Shown here in pieces: positions 23,525 through 37,497 of a stretch of 64,000 nt of DNA. The notes beneath the pieces are model-generated. The model did not search any database. It saw nothing but the letters and a program-made list of their open reading frames with translations, and was not told the origin of the DNA. How positions within the stretch are numbered: the stretch's first letter is position 1; every line of letters starts with the position of its first letter. The translations under genes were made by a program, and so were the position numbers. Source of the stretch: Pavona decussata (taxonomy: Eukaryota); NCBI GenBank assembly GCA_977016875.1, contig CDRNST010000020.1, forward strand, positions 5,270,001-5,334,000, read 5' to 3'.

Positions 23525-25245
23525 TGAAATTGCAGATTATGCCAGGGCCGTTTGCGGCCTGCAGTATAAGATGGATTATAGGAAGATAAAGGAGACGAAT
23601 ATAACAATGTTACCAACTTTATTTTGCTCTGAAATACAGCGTGTTAAAAGTAAAACTTGAATAATTAACATAATTCAAGCGGTCCATAAGTCCTTGCGCC
23701 ACACCACATCAATCCGCCATTTTATTGAGCGTACACAAGTGGGCCGCAGGAAAGGTAAACAAGCTGGTAAATCAAGAGAACACCAATAATGCGAAACTTT
23801 ATCTTCAAACAGCAGAACCTGTAAACGGAAAAAGAAGACAATGGATTAAACATAGGAAACACCTGGTATGAACATGACCCCAAAGGATATGTCCTAGACA
23901 AAAGGGAGAGGGGGGAGAGACATTGTTATATCCGTCTCCTTTATCTTCGTATAATCCATCTTATACTGCAGGCCGCAAGCGGCCCTAGCATAATCTGTGA
24001 TTATACTTCAGAACAGTCGCCTCATATAACAATGTGTTTTTAAAGTGGGGTCATGTTCACTGACTCGGTAACCCTTGCACAGTTAGTAATGACTTAGAAA
24101 TGCTAGAATTATGTCTAGGCCTGTAATAAAAACGCCTGAACGTGGAATCAGTTGACCAATCAGCAAGATTTAGGATATCCTGCAGAGAAGCACCCCTTTC
24201 ATAGGCAGCTGATGCAGATGCTCCTCTTACTGAGTGAGCTTTAAATACACTTGTATCAATACCTGCCCAAGAGATTATATCTTTCAGCCACCTACTGAGG
24301 GAAGCACCTGAAATGGGCTTGTGAGGGTTTGTTGGGTTTGTTGGGTTTTGAAGGGTCCAAGGGACGGAATTCTGAGGTGCAATGTTCATAAACTTTAAGA
24401 CATTTAACCACACAAAGCTTAGGATTTTCATCAAAACTAGCATGAAATGAAGTTTTTTGACCCTAGCCTGCTCGAGATTTCTTTGTTAAATCTGGGAGTG
24501 CAAAGGTGACTCCTTCAGGGTGAGAGCGCCTGTATCTGAGGTCATGAGCGACCACTTCAGACACTCTTTCCATTGCAGTAAGGGCTAGGAGAAAACCAAG
24601 CTTCTGGGATAAATCCGTAAGAGAGAGAGAGAGACTCATTGACCCCTAAACCATCAATATAAGAAACAACAAGGCTGACATTCCAGGTACTAGAATATCA
24701 AGGTAAAGGCGGTCTAAGATTATATGCACCCTTTAACAGTTGGACCCCTAAGGGGTGTTCCCCAACCCTAACTTGATCAATTTTAGGGTGAGTACTAGAA
24801 ATGGCAGACCGGTAAACATTAAGAGTCCTATATGCTCTCCCAAGATTAAATTCAGAAGAAAGGAACTCTAAAATGGACTCTACAGAAGCTTGAATCGAAT
24901 TAAGTTTCCATTCTTGACATTAGCTAGCCCATCTTTGCCAAGCTGATGCATAGGCTTTGGATGTTCCATCCCTCCAGGCTGCAACAAGTAGGGTTTGAGC
25001 TGGTTGTGAAATGCCTGCTTCTGATTATGATTGGCGGATAGTAGCCAACCTGCTAGCTGAAGGTTCAGCAAGGGGTGGACTTCCCCCGTGTCGTGTCAGC
25101 AGGCCTGGGTAGTGAGGGAACAGAATTGGAGGTGCTACACACAACTCGAGAAGCAGAGGGTACCATGGTTGTGACTGTCAGACCGGTGCCACTAGAACAA
25201 GGTGTGACACACTCTGGTCTAGCAACTGTCTGAGGCAGCGGCCTA
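23525..25245 (-). mobile_element. DIRS1-type tyrosine-recombinase retrotransposon, 3' part with terminal repeat and internal complementary region
   Basis: End of the RT/RH/MT ORF (LVAPV*QSQPWYPLLLEL..LQLAGWLLS) and YR C-terminus FKAHSVRGASAS..DWSTDSTFRRFYYRP. Inverted repeat at 23533-23610 / 23920-23997. Confidence 0.85.
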
Positions 25246-26444
25246 CAAAAGCATTTTCTCTCTTCTCTTTTGCGCACTTCAGCTCGCTTTTTATTTACAT
25301 TCGCTTGTGCTTCTTGTTCGCTGGAAATTTTTAAAAGTACAACTGCATAGGCCATCTGCACGATTTTATTGCTACGCGATGTTTATATTTAACAGAACAT
25401 GGTTACCATTACAATTTCTTGCAGTCAGTTGACTGAGATTACTCTGCATATTTCTTTTGTTTATAAAGTGCAATTTCTAACTTTCGATAACTAGGTTATC
25501 ACATATTTTCATCGTTATCCGTGTAGTTACGAGTTTATAAATGTTAGCAAAGTCGAGTTAATGCCGTTTGTCTTGAAGAAAAATTAATAACATGTAACGG
25601 TGGATGGAGTCGTTGTTACAACTGAACTTGAGAATTTTGTTTCACGCATGAAATGCGTGACAAGTTAAAAAATACTTAAGGCATAAAAATAATTTACTAT
25701 CATTTGCAAACTTCAAAGACAAAGTGTATGTTTTTATTGACGTATGCCTTTTGGTAAAAGACAAATTTAAGCAACATTTGACAAATAGGTGTTTCAAAAA
25801 CATGTTGCGTGACAGCTTACGGCTTCCCGCCGATAAGCGAAGTACACCATGCCTCTTTCTATGGTTCCGTGTTAATTGAAGTGACAGGTTCATACCGTCA
25901 TCAAAGGAACTGTAGCTTGAGCTTACTTAACGAAAGGGAAAGCTAAATTTGTTAAATTTGGCATAAAGAAACAACCACAACATTGGAAAACCCACGTACA
26001 ACTACTTAATTTTGTTGTGAATCAGACGTGGTTTTTCAAGGTGTTGCTAGCACCGCTGGTATAGATTTTGCAAAGAAACCTGATAAACTCTTACAATATT
26101 GACTCTAGAGTCTAGGGTTTCGTCTTTGTAGAAAGTCGTTAGTTGCTACTTTCCGGGTTGCATTTCCAAAGATCTTGTACCCGACGCCATCCAAAGATTG
26201 CCAAAGATTACACGAGGCTGTCTTTTGACGATTGAGGAGGAGCACACAAAGTCGACCTTCGACTTTCGGTCTTCTTGATATGAACCTGAAACAGTATCTC
26301 GGGTCATTTCCTGCGCCAAGTTACCTGCATCTGTTTCTGGGGCGAATGTAAGAAGGTACGTAAGCAGCCTGATCTCTGCGTGGTTATCTTTGACGACGAA
26401 TTATATCACTTTATGTGAAAACTTGGGTTAGAAAAAGTCAGATA

Positions 26445-26634
26445 CCGTATTTGTTCGTTTAACCGCCCACCTGCGAATAACTGCCCACCTCAAATAACCG
26501 CCTACCCTGAAAGCCCAAAAAGTAAATAAGCGCCCATCCTCAACCCAACCCCTCCTAAGAAAAAATATTTCTGTACAAGCCTAGCTTGAAGTACAAGGAG
26601 AGTCAATTGTGTTCCAAAATTGGTTTAGATACGG
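26445..26634. mobile_element. Tc1/mariner-type MITE with TA TSD
   Basis: ta|ccgtat...atacgg|ta, with subterminal repeats of aa(c/g)(c/t)gcc(c/t)a(c/t)c. Confidence 0.55.
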
Positions 26635-26832
26635 TAGTCAATGAACTTTTATATTGTTTGTTGCTTTATTGTTTATGTTAGCTTTCGCACTTTCAACAAA
26701 GACAGCAGGGAATATTCATACCAAGTGAATCAGCCATATTTTCACATAGGATCACTGTAATGACCTGTTATATCAAAGGAACAAAGTAAGTCAACGTGTT
26801 AAAGCAAGGTATAACGTACTATGCAAAAATAT

Positions 26833-26909
26833 GGCTCATCGGCGAGGATTCGAACTGCGGTCTCCTGCGTACAAGACCGACGTGATAACCACTAAATTAC
26901 AGGCGAACC
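26833..26909 (-). pseudogene. tRNA-like pseudogene or tRNA-derived repeat (Val-like body, TGT in the anticodon position)
   Basis: Minus strand reads GGTTCGCCTGTAATTTAGTGGTTATCACGTCGGTCTTGTACGCAGGAGACCGCAGTTCGAATCCTCGCCGATGAGCC. A-box and B-box (GTTCGAATCC) are present but stems are mismatched. Confidence 0.6.
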
Positions 26910-27098
26910 TACAGTGACAGCGGACGAAATAGCACAGCTTATTCTTATTACATCACTAAGATCACGGGGTCACTCACTCAACACAGAGAGTCTGATTTCA
27001 CTTAGCTTTGCCACATGCTGGTAGACGCAAATATGTAAATTTGCGCGCAATTACTACCTTTCTCAGCAGCTCAACAGTCGTAACACTGTTCAGATGGA

Positions 27099-27352
27099 TA
27101 ACCTCCCACGCAGACGTCTTTAGGGGTTTGTCACGCGTTTCCTCCCCCAGCAAAATTTCATGTTTTCAAAACCAGTCTATTTTCAGCCTAGTTGTAGCTC
27201 ATGTCATGTAATATTAAAAAGCTGTGTTTTTATCCCGAAATAAACGGCAGGAATGCACAAATGAACACCAAAGTTTGGTATTTTACCGGAAGTTGGTTCG
27301 GTGGGGGAAGAAACGCGGGACGAACCTCCAAGGACGTCTGCGTGGGAGGCTG
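27099..27352. mobile_element. MITE with ~45-bp TIRs
   Basis: acctcccacgcagacgtc..acgcgtttcctcccc versus ggggaagaaacgcg..gacgtctgcgtgggaggct. Confidence 0.7.
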
Positions 27353-29511
27353 GGTGGACAAGAGCACTGCAAGCAATAAAATTTGACAACTCTGTTGTAT
27401 AAATTTGGCCATGGATATGGCAGGTTTAATTAAATCAACAGCAAAAGTCATAAATAACATAGTAATAAATGTAGAAAGATAAGAACGGTTTTCAATTCAG
27501 TGCAAAAACTAATTTCAGGTCTTCTTTGGTTCTGTTTTAATACGCAATGTGATTGGTTAAAAACAATAGGGACTTGCGCATGTATGACGCAGAGTTGCGA
27601 TTCGTTCATTTGTGTTTTGCGTTTGTTGTCATGACATCAGTGCTGATTTACAGATAGAGTGTTTGTTTTTGCACTGGATTTTCGCACTCTTACAACGGTC
27701 AATTGAAAACCGCTTTAAGGAGGGTCGAATGGGTTTTTAGCTGCGTACAAGCACGTAACCTTAACGGCGGTCAAAAATAAAAAAATGAGAAAAGTCCTTA
27801 AAAAAGGTATTGATTTTGAGAGCTCAAAGATCATAAGTTCTTTGTGAGTCTGTGGACTTAGCAAAACAAGACATTTTGATGATTTAGTAACAGTATCAGG
27901 AACCATTAAGTGAATCTCCTTTCCGGTTGTTAGGCATTCAAATATTAAACCCAGACATACAGGACCAATCAGTGTCCCCACATTTCACTTTAAAAACAAC
28001 TTGAAATTTTTTTAGTAAATCGTAAAACAGATTCACAAAAAAACCCATCATATTTGAGCTCTCAAAGGAAAAGAAAATACTTATCTTAAATGGACTTCTC
28101 CAGGACCGCGGTGAACAAGTAACCTACCTACCACTCGAAATTTCTACTAGCTAGCTTCTAACAAAGAAATTAGAGGTCGAATTGTTACCTCCATTTGTTT
28201 AAGACTATCATCGTCAAGCCCACTATTTCTCAAATAGGAACAAATTTTTATCCATTTAATCATAAGCAAACGAAAACTCTTGGAAATTTTTTGATAATTA
28301 TATTTCAGCTCAAGCCAAATTTTAGAAACACTAGAAATTAAAGGAAAAATCCGATAGACCTAAACAGCCACTTACTTTACCTTGTCCTGAATTGTTTACA
28401 AACAATACTTAGAATATGTATCTAAACAGTAAGAGAGCTTGGTGAATATTGCCCCTTTGTTGTTAGAAGCCGGATCAGGAAACTAGCAGTTCATCCACAG
28501 TTTTTGATAGAGTCCCTAAATTATTGGCGTATGCTTTAATTTTATTGTATTATGCTATATGATGGAAAAAGAAAACTTCAGGTGCGTTCTTAACTTATTA
28601 GCAGTTAAAGTAATGCCATTCATAACTTGCCAGTACGTATTTACCCACTTTGGTACGGGCTGCATGAGTTTACTACTAGTTCTGACTGATTAATTGTTGT
28701 CTGCGTCTTTTGTGATAAGCCAAGGTTGTTTTGTTTGGCATTGGTTTAAGACACTATCGATTACAGTCGACCACAGTACTTAGTCTATTAAGCGCCGTCT
28801 TTGATCCTAACCATAAACCCCACGGTCCTCGCTTTACTACAGGATCGATTCTCCCTTCTCAGAAAAATAAAAAAATTAGGGATATATCCAGGCCACTAAC
28901 TTTGAAAGTAATAACATAGCTTTTTTAAAACAGCTTACAGAAATAATCTCTATGAAATTAGATAACATCGGTGATGTCACTTAGTATCAGGCAAATAATG
29001 ATCATGCCACCATAATGCGCAAATAACTGAAATAGATAATCAAACTTCATAAATGAGAACGATAGAGTGTCTTTAGTTGCTGATATTTGCTTGAAATCCT
29101 GAAAGAAATTTATAAAATATTAACTAAGACAACTTAGAATCTCGAGAGTAAGGTTAAGGCCTCGTTCAGGCGAGGTGACCATGCCCAGTTCAGGAGCACT
29201 GGTACTAGTCCGGAAAATAGCTTTTTGTCGGTGCCCGAGCAAAACCAGTGGGCACTGTAACGAATCATGGCCATACCTCAAAGGGTAGTATTCGAGCACC
29301 ATTCCTGGGCACAGACACTGATTTCAAAATTAAGGATTTTCTCATTTCCCACGCTTTTTCCTCACGCCTCTATTTGATACGCTAAACAAAATAGGCGGAA
29401 GGTAAATTGATGAATGAGAACACGATTGCTTGTTGGTCTGACTGAACAACTTCCTTCTCAGTTCCCGGGCACAGGGGGCCCAATAAAGACACCCAGTCTA
29501 AACAGGGCTTA

Positions 29512-30139
29512 GGTGATTCCATCAAATTGCATTGCGCATCCTTGCTGCGCATAATTTTTCGCGTCATTTAGCGTGCGCATGAGGGGCGCGCGCACAACAT
29601 TACGGGATTTCCTTGAGGTTAAGCTCAGCAGGAAAATAAATGGTCCTTTTCTTCTAAACGAGCACGGTGACCCCCATTTTTTAATGCATCAATTTAAATG
29701 TCATACAGTTGACCACTATATATCGCGATTTAAAGAAAAGTTTAATACTCTACTTTGAGATATTTAAAAAGCACGTATTTAGGTAGTGCTGCTTACGTGC
29801 ACACGCAGCAAAATCTTTAATTTCTTTCATAATCTTAATTCCAGCTCAATGAAAATAGTTTTTTGTGTAAGATTAAAGTAAATTTTGTTGAACTGCTTCG
29901 ATATTTTAATGCAAGAAATTAATTTTTCTAGAAATGATAGTTCCTTATTTCTGATTACTAGCCTTCCCAATATAAACCTCGTGGGTCATCTATTTACTAT
30001 AATAGCCATCCAGGTTGCACAAAAACGAGCACGGTGACTCCCATTTTTTATTGCATTTTTGTAATGCGTATAACATAGTCATGAACTGGACCAAGTCTTA
30101 GACAATTTTAAATACTCCTTCTTTTTCAGCGGAATCACC
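29512..30139. mobile_element. Kolobok-like non-autonomous element
   Basis: TIR ggtgattcc / ggaatcacc with tta(a) flanks. The internal motif aaacgagcacggtgac.cccatttttta.tgca is repeated at ~29656 and ~30023. Confidence 0.5.
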
Positions 30140-32804
30140 TTAAGGAACTAAGGATAAGACTACAAAATGGACAAGTGATGAAATTATTGAATGATGTAGA
30201 TGATAATAACCTGTTAATCGTCCATAGTGAATGATGTTATCAGTCATTACAAGCTTTACAATCGTTGCAAAGCTGAAAGAAGAAAAAGAAAACCTGAATA
30301 AGTTGCAATTTGATTAAGTATCACCATGTTAGACAGCAAACGTGTTTGATCTAAACATGGTCTGCTTTTGATTCAACAAAGGAGTACCGATCCCAGCCTT
30401 ATCCAATATATAATATCCACTCATATTGCATCATGGAGGGGAGATTTAGATTCATTGTCAAAAAAAGATGCTATTCAGAGAGCTAAAGATCATTTTTGAC
30501 TTTACTCTGTCTGCTTTTAGGACTGCTTGTGTCCGGCCTTTGATCCATAGGTTGACAAAGATTTTAGTCCGATGAATTTACTTGTTTAGATGATTTTAAT
30601 TTGTCAATTCTTAACCAGACTACCGCATGAGATTAAAATAACAACAATTATGGCACCGACACGAAGAGAAAATGGTGACATTACATTGCAGATAATATAT
30701 CTAACAGCAAGATGGCACTTTAAGGTTTCTAGCGGCCAATTAGCCTGCACAGAAAGCGTTTCTGTCAGGTCTTTTCCGCTTTTCGCTATTTGAACGTGCG
30801 GAGATTGGGATGAGAGTGAAAAATAGGGAGGCAAGAGGTGCTCGTCCCAATATCCACGCGGTCAAAATGTTAAAACATACGGGAACCCAAAGGAAACGGT
30901 TGCTATGTCGGCTTAAGTGGCAGATGCTTGTCCCGACCGAACTATGAAAGCCGATAAAAACCAAGAGCGTGTCACCAGTAGTTTTCTCTAACCCCGTGAC
31001 TAATCAAATAAAAATTTTTCATATTTATACAAACATTTTTCAATTTATGTGTCATTTTCATCCTCCTTTTACTGCTGTGAGATTCAGCTTTGCCGTCTAT
31101 AACTAATAACAAGACCTTAATTAACGATTTTTCGTCGTATGATTCCACTTCACTATGAAGAAATTTAGAACGCCCCTCTGTAGCCAATCAGGTGGGGAGT
31201 TTCCGCAATTGTACAGTCGATCACTGTAGTGGGTTACGCTAATATCCCTTAGGATAAGTACCTTAACAAGTATTGAGAATCCTTCTCCATGGTCGATTTT
31301 ACAAACCAGGAAGGTTTGTAAAATATTATCCTCAATAGCTGGCTCTTGAATCTGAATAAAAGAGAAATCAAAATCAGTGACAAATTTAGATTTTTTCCAG
31401 TCTTTAAATGTTTGATATTCATATTTCATAACACAGAATTTCCGCAAATTTGGAAAAATGGACTTTTTAATTTGCGTATGTAATCAATATTCATCATCAA
31501 GACATTTCTGCGCCTCTTCTTTCGTGGTGAAAAGTGCAACTCGTTAAAAAAGCGTGCGTGTACATACCGGATACATAGGTCGTGAAATAGATTGTTGCTT
31601 CGACCATGTGCGTCTGGTAAATAAGCAGCACCGTGATCTTCTTTCATGTTGCGGAAGATTAATAAAAAAGGACTCTGGCCAAATATTTCTTTTATTGGTT
31701 CTTGTATAGCACTGTAAGACAGAGAAAAGATCAATCAACCAATGAATTAATTGGGCTGCTTAATGTGTATTGGCTAAACACAATATCAAAAACAGCACTG
31801 TTCACAAATTATACTGGATAAAAATTACACTTGCAACATACAAAAATATCATAAGAAGGTTAACAGTGGGTGATATTGAGGTATTTTTCAGAGTTTCGCT
31901 GTGAAAGCTGAAATAAGTATGCAATAATGTAATTGCATGTAAAATGTAATTCGATGTGTTGTTTTGACTAAGCATAAATTAAAACTTTGACTGGTTCATT
32001 TGAAAGCGCATAAACTTTTATTAGTTTCTTAGATTCTTGAGAGAAAACTTCTTTCAGTTGAATGGAGAAAAGGTCAGCTACTATGACATTTGGGTGTTAA
32101 TAAGCTCTTTTAAGTCATTCGTTAGTTTGAACACTTCAACGTGAAGGGATGCATCTCCGTATATGTCTAGAATTTTCCACGGTCATTTTAGGAAGATTAA
32201 ATCTCACAGCCTCAGTTTTTGATAACCCAGCAGTTTTGTTGCCAACCTTGTAAATATGCCATAAATAATTTATGACATATTTATAAAATAGTGAACGTCA
32301 GGTGTGGTAAAACATGCCGCTTTACCTTCATCTGAGGTGTAACTATAAGCAGCTGCGCTGCAGCTAAATTTTATTACAGAACTAACGAGATCAAAATAAA
32401 TGTGTAAAGTCTTGTTATTTGTGGATATGCAATTTCCAAGGGGTAGGGGGGACCAAATGGAAAAATCATGGAAATTCCAGGGGGTGGCGGGAGTACTATG
32501 AATCCCCTTGGAATGGAAAATCCTGGGGGGTGGGGGGTCAAGCTTGAAAAAAACCCTCTGTCGGGGGTATGGATATTTTCTGGAACCATACAATGGCAAG
32601 AAAGTATCCCCGCTGGGGTGCACTGAGGGATTCAGATTCAGCTAGTTGTTTTTCGAAGAATGAACTACCCTGCTAGAAAAGGCTTTTTCTTTGTATTTTT
32701 CACTTATTTTACACGAACAACTTCACTTCATTGTAAAATACTGATGGAAAGAAAGTTCTGCTCGCAGGCTACCATTACACGAGGAATATGAGTGGAGGTG
32801 AGTA

Positions 32805-33368
32805 CAGTCAACTGTCTCGTAAGCCACCACTCTTGGGGCAGACAAAGTGGTCGCTTACAGGAGGTGGTCACTTACAGGAAAGATCAACAAAATAAGCCTA
32901 ATACTGGATTGGTTAAGTAATTACATAAAAATATTACCTTAGCAGCTAACATTAGGCAAATAGAAACTAATTTACTTGATTTTTTCACATCTATTCATTC
33001 TTTTGATGAAACTTTGTATAACATTTTGGAACAGATCACTGTAACAATTCCTGTTTACCTGCAGATCTACATGTAATTATAGCTATCTACTCTGTAAACT
33101 GTTATCATCTGTCAGCAGTCTGGGTAGCGTCAAAAAATTGAATTTTTGCACTTCTGAGTTATGATTTAGTAATGATCACACGTGATTATTTTTGGTGGTT
33201 GCTTACCGGAAACAGAAAACAAAGGAATATGTGTAATTTCTGGCCTAAAAAGTGGTCGCGGTTCCTTAAAAAATTTGAGTGGTGGTCGCTGAGAGAGCTC
33301 TTGAAACAGTATTTTACTGAGAAACAAAACGGTTGTTTCAGAAGTGGTCCCTATGAGAGTGTTGACTG
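32805..33368. mobile_element. Tc1/mariner-type MITE with TA TSD
   Basis: ta|cagtcaac...gttgactg|ta; repeated gtggtcgctta subterminal motifs. Confidence 0.7.
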
Positions 33369-33373
33369 TACCT

Positions 33374-33572
33374 AATAATTTCTTGTTTCAAAAACATATT
33401 TGCTGTATTCCAAAGTCAAACAGTTAATTATATCTTGTTTCTAAACAGGTTTCCTGTATTCTGAAGTCAAACAATAATTTCTTGTTTCTAAACAGATTTG
33501 CTGTGTTCTGAAGTCAAACAATAATTCCTTGTTTCAAAACAGATTTGCTGTATCCTGAAGTCAACCAATAAT
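33374..33572. repeat. Tandem repeat, ~47-bp unit x4
   Basis: Unit aataatttcttgtttctaaacagatttgctgtgttctgaagtcaaac repeated head-to-tail. Confidence 0.85.
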
Positions 33573-34489
33573 GACTGATACTTTCTTTTAAACGTGATTT
33601 ATGCCTTTCCCTTCTATCCTAACATGTATAATGGCCGTAATGTGTGCTGGCTTGCCTGCGCTCAGTTTACTGGGCAAACAATCAAGACTACGAGAGTTGG
33701 ATCAAAATGGCTATGAGCACAGGCTCATAGCCGCTTTTATTCAAAATATGCAGTTTGAATAATCATTGATAGATACATACGCTGGCCCAGTAAAGGTGAG
33801 GGCACAGAAAACGAAACACTAAGGTATGCATTAATGGAAAGCGGTTGGCTTTGGGGAGGAGGCGGGAGAACAAAAGCATGTCTTAATCCGCTGCTGAACC
33901 GAGACAAATGACTACGGTGTGATCATATTTATCATATGACTGATGCAAGTACCTAAAGGGGGGTGTACCTTATCTCAATTACTTCCTCCCCAAGACCCAG
34001 GACCACTCAGACCAATTAGTTTCTAACAAAGACGGGAAAAGGCGTAAAAATTCTATTTTCGGGCAAATATTTTATTTATGCCTTTCCCTTTCATCCTAAC
34101 ATGTATAATGGCCGTAATGTGTGCTGGCTTGCCTGAGCTTGGTTTACTGGGCAAAGAATCAAGACTACCAGAGTTGGATTAAAATGGCTATGAGCACAGG
34201 TTCATAGTCGCCTTTATTCAAAATATGCAGTTATAATAATCATTGATAGATGCATAATCTGGCCCAGAAAAGGTGAGGGCACAGAAAACGCCATAAGCAT
34301 TGTGAAGACAACACCGATGTTGCCCCACCCCAGGCAAAGCCAGCATACATGTAAGTACTAGCTAAGAGAAAAAATTGACAAACCTTGACCTCTTGGAAGA
34401 CAGCTGCCCTTGCTAACTGCCTACTCAAAAAGCAAGACAAGCATACGAATATTACGTGATGGCGAAAAAAACAAGTAAGGTGCCCGTAA

Positions 34490-35345
34490 ATATTTTTGGA
34501 ATGCATTGGATTTCCACCGTCCTAACAGCCAAATCTGGGCAGCAGAGAAACCCTGCTCTGCAGCATGTGAGGCCGCCCGATACAAAAGCTGTGGCCCTTG
34601 TAACGGGAGGGGGAAAGGCAACAAAGCTGTATCGCTAATGAAACATGGGTTGAAAACCAAGATCGAGTAACTGGTAACCCATCCACTGTCATGAAAAGTG
34701 GTCCTGGATGAAAACCTCCAAAAGCCAAATATTTAGTTAATAAGGCAACAGGACAAGACACAGACTGGCATGAAACAATGATTGAAAAGGGACGTTCATT
34801 GTACTGATGTTTGTAATTACCAAAAATGACTTTACAAAAAACCAGGGCACCTGTGGCGGACAGCAACTTTGTGATCTGATATAGCTGGAAGGGATAGAAG
34901 TTATTTCACCTAACCGCAAGAATGCGTAGAAGGCTATGGAGCACATGGCCTGAAAATGGACTAATTTGGTAAGGGGAACCCTGAAGCTGAGGAGCACCTA
35001 AAATCAGCCTCTGTAAAATTGGAAGGGAAATTGGCAAATGACTATCAAGGCGAAACCCCTTTTTGTGGTATCCTTTGAGCATTTGACATACATAAAAAAC
35101 TTTGGTGGGGTCTGGAAGAGACATCAACTTATGAGAAAACCAAAGGGTGGAGACATACGTATTGACAGTTAGTGGGGCGTAATGCTTATCAAATAGGACC
35201 AAAACGGAGGGTGAGATAGGTAACCCTGGAAATGGTAGCTGAAATAAATTTGTGTAAGACTGGTGAAAAAGTTTCCATGCCCTTTGTAGGTGGGTATGGA
35301 AGAACGCTGCAGACTGGACCTCAACAAAAAAGATGCTATGTTGGC
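34490..35345 (-). pseudogene. Ngaro tyrosine recombinase, frameshifted
   Basis: AFYAFLRLGEIT, SCPVALL..Y, YKGHSFCIG (HSFRIG), LLGRWKSNAFQKYLR. Confidence 0.85.
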
Positions 35346-36079
35346 TAATTGGAGGGCTTCACATGCAGAGGTATCTCTGTGGGACATAGGTGCATGTAAG
35401 CCGGTTCCACCTGTTTGAATGTCTGCAACTGCAAACGAGAATATGCATCAGCTAATGTGTTGCATAAGCCTGGAATATGCTTGGCCTTAAACACAATGTT
35501 GTTAGAGAGACAGACCAGCACCAGCTTACGTACAAACACCATCAAGTCTTTGTCGCGACAGGATTGCTGGATCATGTTTACTGTAGGTAGTGTCGGTTGA
35601 CACTATCAGCCGCTATATCAACTGTGATTCAACCGGGTGTCGGCCGAGTATCGGTCGGGCATCTGTAGATATATCGACGGATGTGTGTGTCGACCGATAC
35701 GGTTTTAGTCTCGTCGACACTTGGCCGATACCTTATCGATACTTTACCGATAGTCTGCCGATATTTTACAGATACGGTCGTTAATTGCCCAACACTTCTT
35801 TGAGGCTGTGTCAATATCTTACTTTTAAGCGTCGATATAAAAAAAAGTTTTATCCAGGTTTATAGTTGGGGAACTTGAGGCTATGAAAACCTTTCAAAGT
35901 GAAGCAAATGACGATTACGTGTTAACTAAAAATTAGGCATTTGTTTGATTTCACTATTATAGCATCAACTAAAAAAGAGTGGTAGTATATACCCCTTGAA
36001 AAAGTGCTAAAAAACTTATCAAAACTGTTGTGAGCCACCTTACAGGCACTCGGGAAATTACAGTCCTATCCGTAATTAA

Positions 36080-36410
36080 TTATTTATCGGCACAGAAACC
36101 GGCTACTGGAAAGAAAGGTAGAAGTTTCCTTTCTTCCTTGTACCTTTTTAACACTGCGCAGTACTCAGCTAAGGGAGCCCAACAGCGCTGCTCAATACCC
36201 CTTATGAATGGCCTTCCTTGACTTTCTCTCGCCATTGCAATCACATTGTTAAACTCATCCTTGTTGAGTATTTTCAACTCACAAATCCCAATGAAGTCGC
36301 GGAGGGTGTTCCTGGGCACACCGTAGATCTTCATGGCTTGGGCTAGTGAACACTTTCTCTCGTTCATCACCTCTAGCCACCTTCATAACGGGTATGGATC
36401 ACTTCTTGTG
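36080..36410 (-). pseudogene. CCDC106-like / HTH-containing protein remnant
   Basis: RY..RVMNERKCSLAQAMKIYGVPRNTLRDFIGICELKI resembles the CCDC106-type GVDRNT..IAEL pattern. Confidence 0.35.
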
Positions 36411-36740
36411 CGTGGAAACACAAAGGCTGGTAATTAATTAAGTAAACATCGTCTTTTTTTGCATTTACAGGCTAGCGCGCGCTTACCATTTAAAATTCTT
36501 ATTTGTTCATGATCTACATTGTATTAGCTTTCCAGTGATATATACTTTTTAATGATTCTGTTATAAGCGAGGCACGTACGATCAATTTTCTGTAAGACAC
36601 CCCTGAAGGTTCTTGTTTTTGAAAGGATTCAAATGCATAAATAAATGACAAAAATTAGCGTTTTGCATTTCTCTCCTGCTTCCCGCCCTTTTCCCTCCTG
36701 CCTCCTGCCGCCCTATTTTGCGGGGCTCTCGGCCCCCACC

Positions 36741-37497
36741 TTCGTAACCAGAGCAGCTGAAGACAGGTTCCAGCTTAATGAGGCAAAGTGCAAGGAACTT
36801 CGAATAACTTTTAGTACTACAAACAATTCCTTTGACCCCATTGTAATTAACGGTAGTGAAATGCATTCCTAAAGCTAAGATTCTAGGTATGCATAATACA
36901 TGTAACCTTAAATGGAATTGTCATATTGATGATATCGGAAACAAATCTAGGAAACAGATGCATTGCCTGTCGCAGCTCAAACGCTCTGGTCTTGGCACAC
37001 GGGAGCTAATTCAATTTTATCGAACTTGTATTCGTCCCCTTACTGAATATGTTTGTCTAGTATTCCATGATAGTCTTCCAAAGTACCTTTCAGAAGAGTT
37101 AGAGAGGATCCAAAGGAGGGCAATGCGAGTCATTTTTCTCTTCAAGCCCTACCAAGAAGCCTTGGCTCAGGCTGGTCTTCAAACTCGTTCAGCAAGAAGA
37201 CAATCACTGACGAACAAGTCTTTTTCAAAGATCACAGAAGACAGGAATAATAAACTCCATGTTTTACTCCCAGAGAGGAACACCTGTCGTTACAATTTGA
37301 GGAAGAAACGAAAATTCAACACTAATTTTAAGACAAATAGATTAAAGAACTCATTCCTTCTTAGTAATGCGCTCAAATTGTAATTTTTGTCATTTGTTAT
37401 TTTTTAAATTTTTAAAATTTTATTGTAAAAAAACTATATAATTCAACCCCCGGGTTGCAATTTAGTTTTAATAAAGCATCTATCTTAAGCATCTATC
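36741..37497 (+). mobile_element. CR1/L2-group LINE, 3' part (inverted relative to its RT core)
   Basis: FQLNEAKCKELRI, KILG..LKWNCHI, YRTCIRPLTEY..LERIQRRAMRVI, YNLR, TNRLKNSF; aataaa followed by a gcatctatct tail. Confidence 0.85.

Noticed and set aside
26833-26909. Functional tRNA-Thr(TGT) or tRNA-Val gene
   Set aside because: The anticodon and T stems are mismatched and the body conflicts with the anticodon; kept only as a pseudogene.
27716-28860. Kolobok-like element from ttaaggagggtcga to tcgattctccctt
   Set aside because: The terminal match is too weak and there is no right-hand TTAA.
30170-31740. Coding-like frames on both strands
   Set aside because: Multiple stops and no recognisable domain; no call can be supported.
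33374-33572. Regularly spaced repeats resembling a CRISPR array
   Set aside because: Units are head-to-tail with no unique spacers, there are no cas genes, and the context is eukaryotic.
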